NCBI GenBank assembly: GCA_050952645.1
Contig: JBMNLI010000006.1
Span: 1 to 42,872, forward strand
From: Bdellovibrionota bacterium
Lineage (GTDB): Bacteria; Bdellovibrionota_C; UBA2361; CAKMMH01
Reading direction: 5' to 3'
DNA length: 42,872 nt
Positions 38,976 to 42,872 of this stretch are shown one piece after another (the first letter of the stretch is position 1; each line of letters opens with the position of its first letter). A model generated the notes under the pieces. That model did not search any database, was not told the DNA's origin, and saw nothing but the letters and a program-made list of their open reading frames with translations. A program made the position numbers and the translations under genes.

Positions 38976-40253
38976 ATGTCGCTTTTAATTGCAATCATAG
39001 TATTAGGTATTTTAGTAGTCGTTCACGAGTTCGGGCATTTTTTAATCGCTAAACTATTTAAAGTGGGTGTGCTAGAGTATTCCGTTGGGTTTGGAAAGAA
39101 GATTTTTCAAGTTAAAAAGGGAGAAACTTGGTATTCGTTAAGGCTAATTCCACTAGGCGGCTACGTAAGTATGGCAGGTGAAGACCCGTATACGGTTTAT
39201 GGAAAAGAGCATAAGAAAGAACTTGAAAAAGAATTTGAAAAAGATTGCGAAAATAATAAGGAAAATAATAAAGAAGATAACAAAGAAGATAGCAAAAGCA
39301 AAGAAAACAAAAATAAAGAAAATGAAAACAAAGAAAATAAAGAAAACGAAGAACAAAGCCTTATCCCGAGCTTTTACGATGAAGATTCAATAAAACTTTT
39401 AAAAGATGAGTCGAGATGGTTTCTAAATAAGCCAGTGTGGAAAAAATTTCTAATAGTTCTAGCAGGCCCTTTTGCTAATATTTTGTTTGCTTTTTTAGTT
39501 GGAATATTCGTAGTTTATTTTTGGGGAATAGATGTTCCTGTAAATAAACCTATTATAGGTGAAGTGGTGCCAGATTACCCAGCAGAAAAAGCGGGAATAA
39601 AACCTAACGATAAGATATTACTAATAAATAATAAAAAGCCTAAAACTTGGGAAGATGTTTCAAAATACATAGGTCGCTCAAAAGATGGAGAGGCTAAAAT
39701 AGTGTTAGAAAGAAATGAAAATGGAATTAAAAAAGTTAAGACCTTATCGCTAGTAGCTATAAAAGATTCTCCCGAATTAGAGGCTATTATAGGAGAAGAA
39801 AATTTAGGCAATAAATTAAAAATAGGAATTATGCCAAGCTTAGAGGCTAAGAAAGTCCCTCTTAGCTTAACGCCTTTATATTCTCTTTCTAAGTTAGCTA
39901 GTATTACAGTAATGACTTATAGAGGTTTTAAAGGAATGATAACGGGTTCTATTTCTGCGAAGCATTTAGGAGGACCTATCGAGATAGTAAATACTACTGC
40001 AAAAGTTTCTAAAAGAGGTTTCGATAAATTGCTAGACCTGATGATTTTTATTAGTATGTCGTTAGCCATTATGAATCTTTTGCCGATTCCTATTTTAGAT
40101 GGAGGGCACTTAATGTTCTTTACCATAGAGTTTTTTATTAGACGCCCAGTGCCATTAAAAGTTCAAGCCTCCGCAGGGCAGCTAGGTATACTTATCCTTT
40201 TTACACTTATGATTTTCGCTACGGGAAATGATATTTTTAGATTATTTAAATAA
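38976..40253 (+). CDS. rseP: RIP metalloprotease RseP
   Basis: HEFGH, IPLGGYV, AGPFAN, one PDZ domain, NLLPIPILDGG; K/E/N-rich insertion. Confidence 0.96.
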   Translation: MSLLIAIIVLGILVVVHEFGHFLIAKLFKVGVLEYSVGFGKKIFQVKKGETWYSLRLIPLGGYVSMAGEDPYTVYGKEHKKELEKEFEKDCENNKENNKEDNKEDSKSKENKNKENENKENKENEEQSLIPSFYDEDSIKLLKDESRWFLNKPVWKKFLIVLAGPFANILFAFLVGIFVVYFWGIDVPVNKPIIGEVVPDYPAEKAGIKPNDKILLINNKKPKTWEDVSKYIGRSKDGEAKIVLERNENGIKKVKTLSLVAIKDSPELEAIIGEENLGNKLKIGIMPSLEAKKVPLSLTPLYSLSKLASITVMTYRGFKGMITGSISAKHLGGPIEIVNTTAKVSKRGFDKLLDLMIFISMSLAIMNLLPIPILDGGHLMFFTIEFFIRRPVPLKVQASAGQLGILILFTLMIFATGNDIFRLFK

Positions 40254-40271
40254 ATAAATTTTTTAGATGTA

Positions 40272-40994
40272 ATGAGTAAAAAACAAAATATTTTATCTAT
40301 AGATAGTGGTTCAAAAACGCTTAATATCTCTTTGTTAAAAGATGGAGTTAGTAGCAAAGATATTACAAGCATCTTTAGCAAAGATTCTTTTAGTAATAAT
40401 GAAGAACTAGCAAAACTTTTAAGCAAACTACTTAAAGAAAATTTACTAGAAATAAAAGATATCGATACTATTATTATAAATAGGGGGCCAGGGTCTTTTA
40501 CAGGGCTTCGTATAGGGTATGCTTTTTTAGAAGGAATATTATCTAGCATAGATGTAAATGTATCTCAAATAGTTTTACTAGAGGCTGTAAGGCATATTTA
40601 TAGCGATATTATAAAAGAATGCGATGTGGTTTGTCAGCATATAAGAAAAGAAAACTTTTTTGCATACCTTATTAAAGACAATAAACTAGAGTATGTAGAT
40701 AGCGATTTTTTAATATCTTACATAACTAAATATAGCTCGAAAGTGTATGTAATAAATGATATTGAAGAAGATATTGAAGAAGATGGTAAAGAAGATGGCA
40801 AAAAAACTTTTAATAGTGAAAATTTAAGTTTTATACATTTAAATTTTATACAGTTAAATTTTATCTCGTCAAAAATTTTAATAGAATACTACACAAAATT
40901 TAATATTCCTAATATAAAAAATATGAGTGAATTGAAGCCAAATTACGTTCAAAAAATTTCTGCAAAAACTATTAGTGAAAGGAATGCAAAATGA
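40272..40994 (+). CDS. tsaB: tRNA t6A biosynthesis protein TsaB (divergent)
   Basis: ILSIDS, GPGSFTGLRIG, C-terminal LKPNY. Confidence 0.9.
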   Translation: MSKKQNILSIDSGSKTLNISLLKDGVSSKDITSIFSKDSFSNNEELAKLLSKLLKENLLEIKDIDTIIINRGPGSFTGLRIGYAFLEGILSSIDVNVSQIVLLEAVRHIYSDIIKECDVVCQHIRKENFFAYLIKDNKLEYVDSDFLISYITKYSSKVYVINDIEEDIEEDGKEDGKKTFNSENLSFIHLNFIQLNFISSKILIEYYTKFNIPNIKNMSELKPNYVQKISAKTISERNAK

Positions 40995-41140
40995 TATTAA
41001 GGAATAAGATAGCAGAGGGGAGAGAGGTATATTTTAAAGGAAGCGATAGAAGCTACGCTTTTAAAGGCTATGAATATTATATTATAAAAGAATATTATAA
41101 AATAAGTGAGCTTTAAACGATTTAAGAAAAAGTCTATATC

Positions 41141-41169
41141 TTGACAGGATAGAGCCTGATTGCTAGTAT
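41141..41169 (+). promoter_or_regulatory. Strong sigma70-type promoter for the nuoE/F-like operon
   Basis: TTGACA - 17 nt - TAGTAT with extended -10 TG. Confidence 0.65.
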
Positions 41170-41199
41170 AAGTATGTCTAAAATTTGTTTAAAAAATCT

Positions 41200-41275
41200 A
41201 GTTCTTTGACGTTTTAGGTGGGTTAGAAAAATTATTTTAACTTAATCAAAAATTTTTATAGTTGGATTTTATAGA
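41200..41275. mobile_element. Partial copy (left end) of the 23218 MITE
   Basis: ACGTTTTAGGTGGGTTAGAAAAATT is identical at 41209-41233 and 23226-23250; a further block TTGGATTTTATAGA vs TTGGCTTTTATAGA lies at nearly the same offset; right end not recognisable. Confidence 0.75.
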
Positions 41276-41360
41276 TAGGTTTTTATGAGCAGATTTTTTA
41301 CAAGTCTCTTTTTTACTAGCACCGTTTAAATTTAGAGAAAATATGTAAGCGCTTTAATAC

Positions 41361-41416
41361 TAACTATATTAGTTTAACTATATTAATTTAACTATATTAG
41401 TTTAGCTGTATTAGTT
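41361..41416. repeat. 14-bp tandem repeat TAACTATATTAGTT x4 (degenerating)
   Basis: Directly visible in the leader of the nuoE-like gene. Confidence 0.85.
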
Positions 41417-41504
41417 TAAGAGCATTAGTTAGTAATTAGCGTTTTAGTTATAGTGCTAGGTTTTAAAAAAAAATAATGTATATATTATAAATGGAGAAAA
41501 TATA

Positions 41505-42047
41505 ATGACAGATGGAACCCAAGCAGGAGGAGAGTCTTTATCTTGCGAACAATCTTGCGAACAATCTCGCTTTGAGCAATTCGATAAGGTCTGTGAAATT
41601 TTAGCCGAGTATGATTATCAGCAGACTAAATTGATCCCAATTTTACAGAAGATTCAAGATGTGTATCGTTATCTTCCTAAAGAGATAATCGAGTTCGTAG
41701 CAAAATCACTAAATATGTCTGCTGCTCATATATATGGTGTGGCAACTTTCTATTCTCACTTTACTTTAGAGCCAAAGGGAAAACACTTGATTCGTTGTTG
41801 CAATGGAACGGCTTGCCACGTAAAACAATCTGTCCCAATAATAAACGCTATAAGAAAAAAATTAAATATGCCAGAGGGAAAAAACACTTCACCAGATTTA
41901 TTATTTTCTCTTGAAATAGTTTCTTGTTTAGGGGCTTGTGGTTTAGCTCCAGTGGTAGTTATAGATGAAGAGGTTCACGGTCAAGTAACACCTAGTCAGG
42001 TAGAAGCGCTATTAGATGAAATTCTTAAAAAGGAGAATGCAAAATGA
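41505..42047 (+). CDS. NuoE/HydC-like [2Fe-2S] subunit
   Basis: LIPILQKIQ, GVATFYSHF, CNGTACHVK, CLGACGLAP. Confidence 0.93.
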   Translation: MTDGTQAGGESLSCEQSCEQSRFEQFDKVCEILAEYDYQQTKLIPILQKIQDVYRYLPKEIIEFVAKSLNMSAAHIYGVATFYSHFTLEPKGKHLIRCCNGTACHVKQSVPIINAIRKKLNMPEGKNTSPDLLFSLEIVSCLGACGLAPVVVIDEEVHGQVTPSQVEALLDEILKKENAK

Positions 42048-42872
42048 GTAGTGAGTATTTCGACGCAAAAAAATTAACTGAAATTAAAGACGCTTTTATT
42101 GAAGCGCAGAAGAAAGTAAAACGAAGAATTATCCTTTGCGCTGGGACTGGTTGTATGGCAGGTGGCTCTATGAAAGTTTATGATGCCATCTGCAAAGAGC
42201 TTGAAGCTAATGGTTTAAATGTAATCGTCGAACTTCAAAAAGAAAAAGAGATTAATGATAAAGGCGTATGGATGTCTAAAAGTGGTTGCCAAGGATTTTG
42301 TCAAATGGGACCACTGTTATCGGTAGAACCAGACGGCATTTTATACGTAAAAGTAAAGCCTGAAGATGCTAAAGAGATAGTAGAAAAGACGATTTTAAAA
42401 GGTGAGGCTGTAGAGCGTTTGCTTTACGTAGATCATAAAACTAATGAGCATCGCCGAGGTAAAAAAGAGATAGATTTTTATTCTAAGCAACATCGTGTTT
42501 CTTTAGATGAGTGTGGACGTATAGATTCTGAAAGTATACAAGAGTATATCGCTAATGGAGGCTACGAAGCTGCTGCTAAAGCTTATTTAGACCTCGAGCC
42601 TGAGCAAGTGTGTAAGCTTATTTTAGACTCAGGGCTTAGGGGTAGAGGAGGCGCTGGGTTCCCAACGGGTAAAAAATGGGATTTAACGAGAGTAGTAGAA
42701 GCAGATTTGAAATACGTAGTATGCAACGCAGATGAGGGCGATCCTGGGGCTTTTATGGATAGAAGCGTTATGGAGGGGAACCCACATTCAGTTATAGAAG
42801 GCATGATGATAGCGGCTCGTGCTATCGGTGCAAAGGAGGGGTATTTTTACGTTCGTGCAGAATATCCGCTAG
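42044..42872 (+). CDS. NuoF/HydB-like NAD(H)/FMN-binding subunit, truncated by the window edge
   Basis: ATGA overlap; N-terminal thioredoxin-like 2Fe-2S domain (CAGTGC..GCQGFCQMGP), SGLRGRGGAGFPTGKKW, CNADEGDPGAFMDRSVMEG, YVRAEYPL. Confidence 0.95.
   Translation, partial: MSSEYFDAKKLTEIKDAFIEAQKKVKRRIILCAGTGCMAGGSMKVYDAICKELEANGLNVIVELQKEKEINDKGVWMSKSGCQGFCQMGPLLSVEPDGILYVKVKPEDAKEIVEKTILKGEAVERLLYVDHKTNEHRRGKKEIDFYSKQHRVSLDECGRIDSESIQEYIANGGYEAAAKAYLDLEPEQVCKLILDSGLRGRGGAGFPTGKKWDLTRVVEADLKYVVCNADEGDPGAFMDRSVMEGNPHSVIEGMMIAARAIGAKEGYFYVRAEYPL

Noticed and set aside
41361..41416. CRISPR array (also considered for 37088, 14111 and 33819)
   Set aside because: Units are short and contiguous with no unique spacers; no cas genes.
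1387..42804. Antisense or overlapping ORFs in the track (e.g. 2721, 7824, 10010, 17737, 24329, 36652, 37998, 39178, 40163, 42583)
   Set aside because: They are shadows of well-supported genes, with no motifs or ribosome-binding sites.
1..42872. tRNA or rRNA genes
   Set aside because: No cloverleaf or rRNA-like sequence recognised in any spacer by eye.

Overview
Very AT-rich chromosomal segment of a diderm (LPS-transport genes) and probably anaerobic bacterium (HydC/HydB-type electron-bifurcation subunits). Most of it is housekeeping: pgi; a minus-strand rpmH-rnpA-yidD-lptC-lptA-DUF58-BatA-VWA run; mfd; proS; surA/ppiD; rpsB-tsf-pyrH-frr-uppS-cdsA-rseP-tsaB; nuoE/nuoF-like genes. Decayed accessory genes lie in between. 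The most striking structure is nested at 22.8-25.8 kb. A TadE/pilin-like gene is split by a 222-bp MITE with 25-bp terminal inverted repeats and an exact 8-bp target-site duplication (ISL3-like ends). An intact class C group II intron has inserted at the foot of a hairpin inside that MITE, giving a 2.1-kb TIR-bounded element that carries a reverse transcriptase. Related MITE copies sit upstream of pgi (also with a perfect 8-bp TSD), in the HDOD divergent promoter region and in the leader of the hydrogenase-type operon. The window also shows pervasive short tandem duplications, including inside essential proteins, and a patch of dense indels in lptC/yidD that is probably an assembly artefact. 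All calls come from reading the sequence by eye; no database searches were run.
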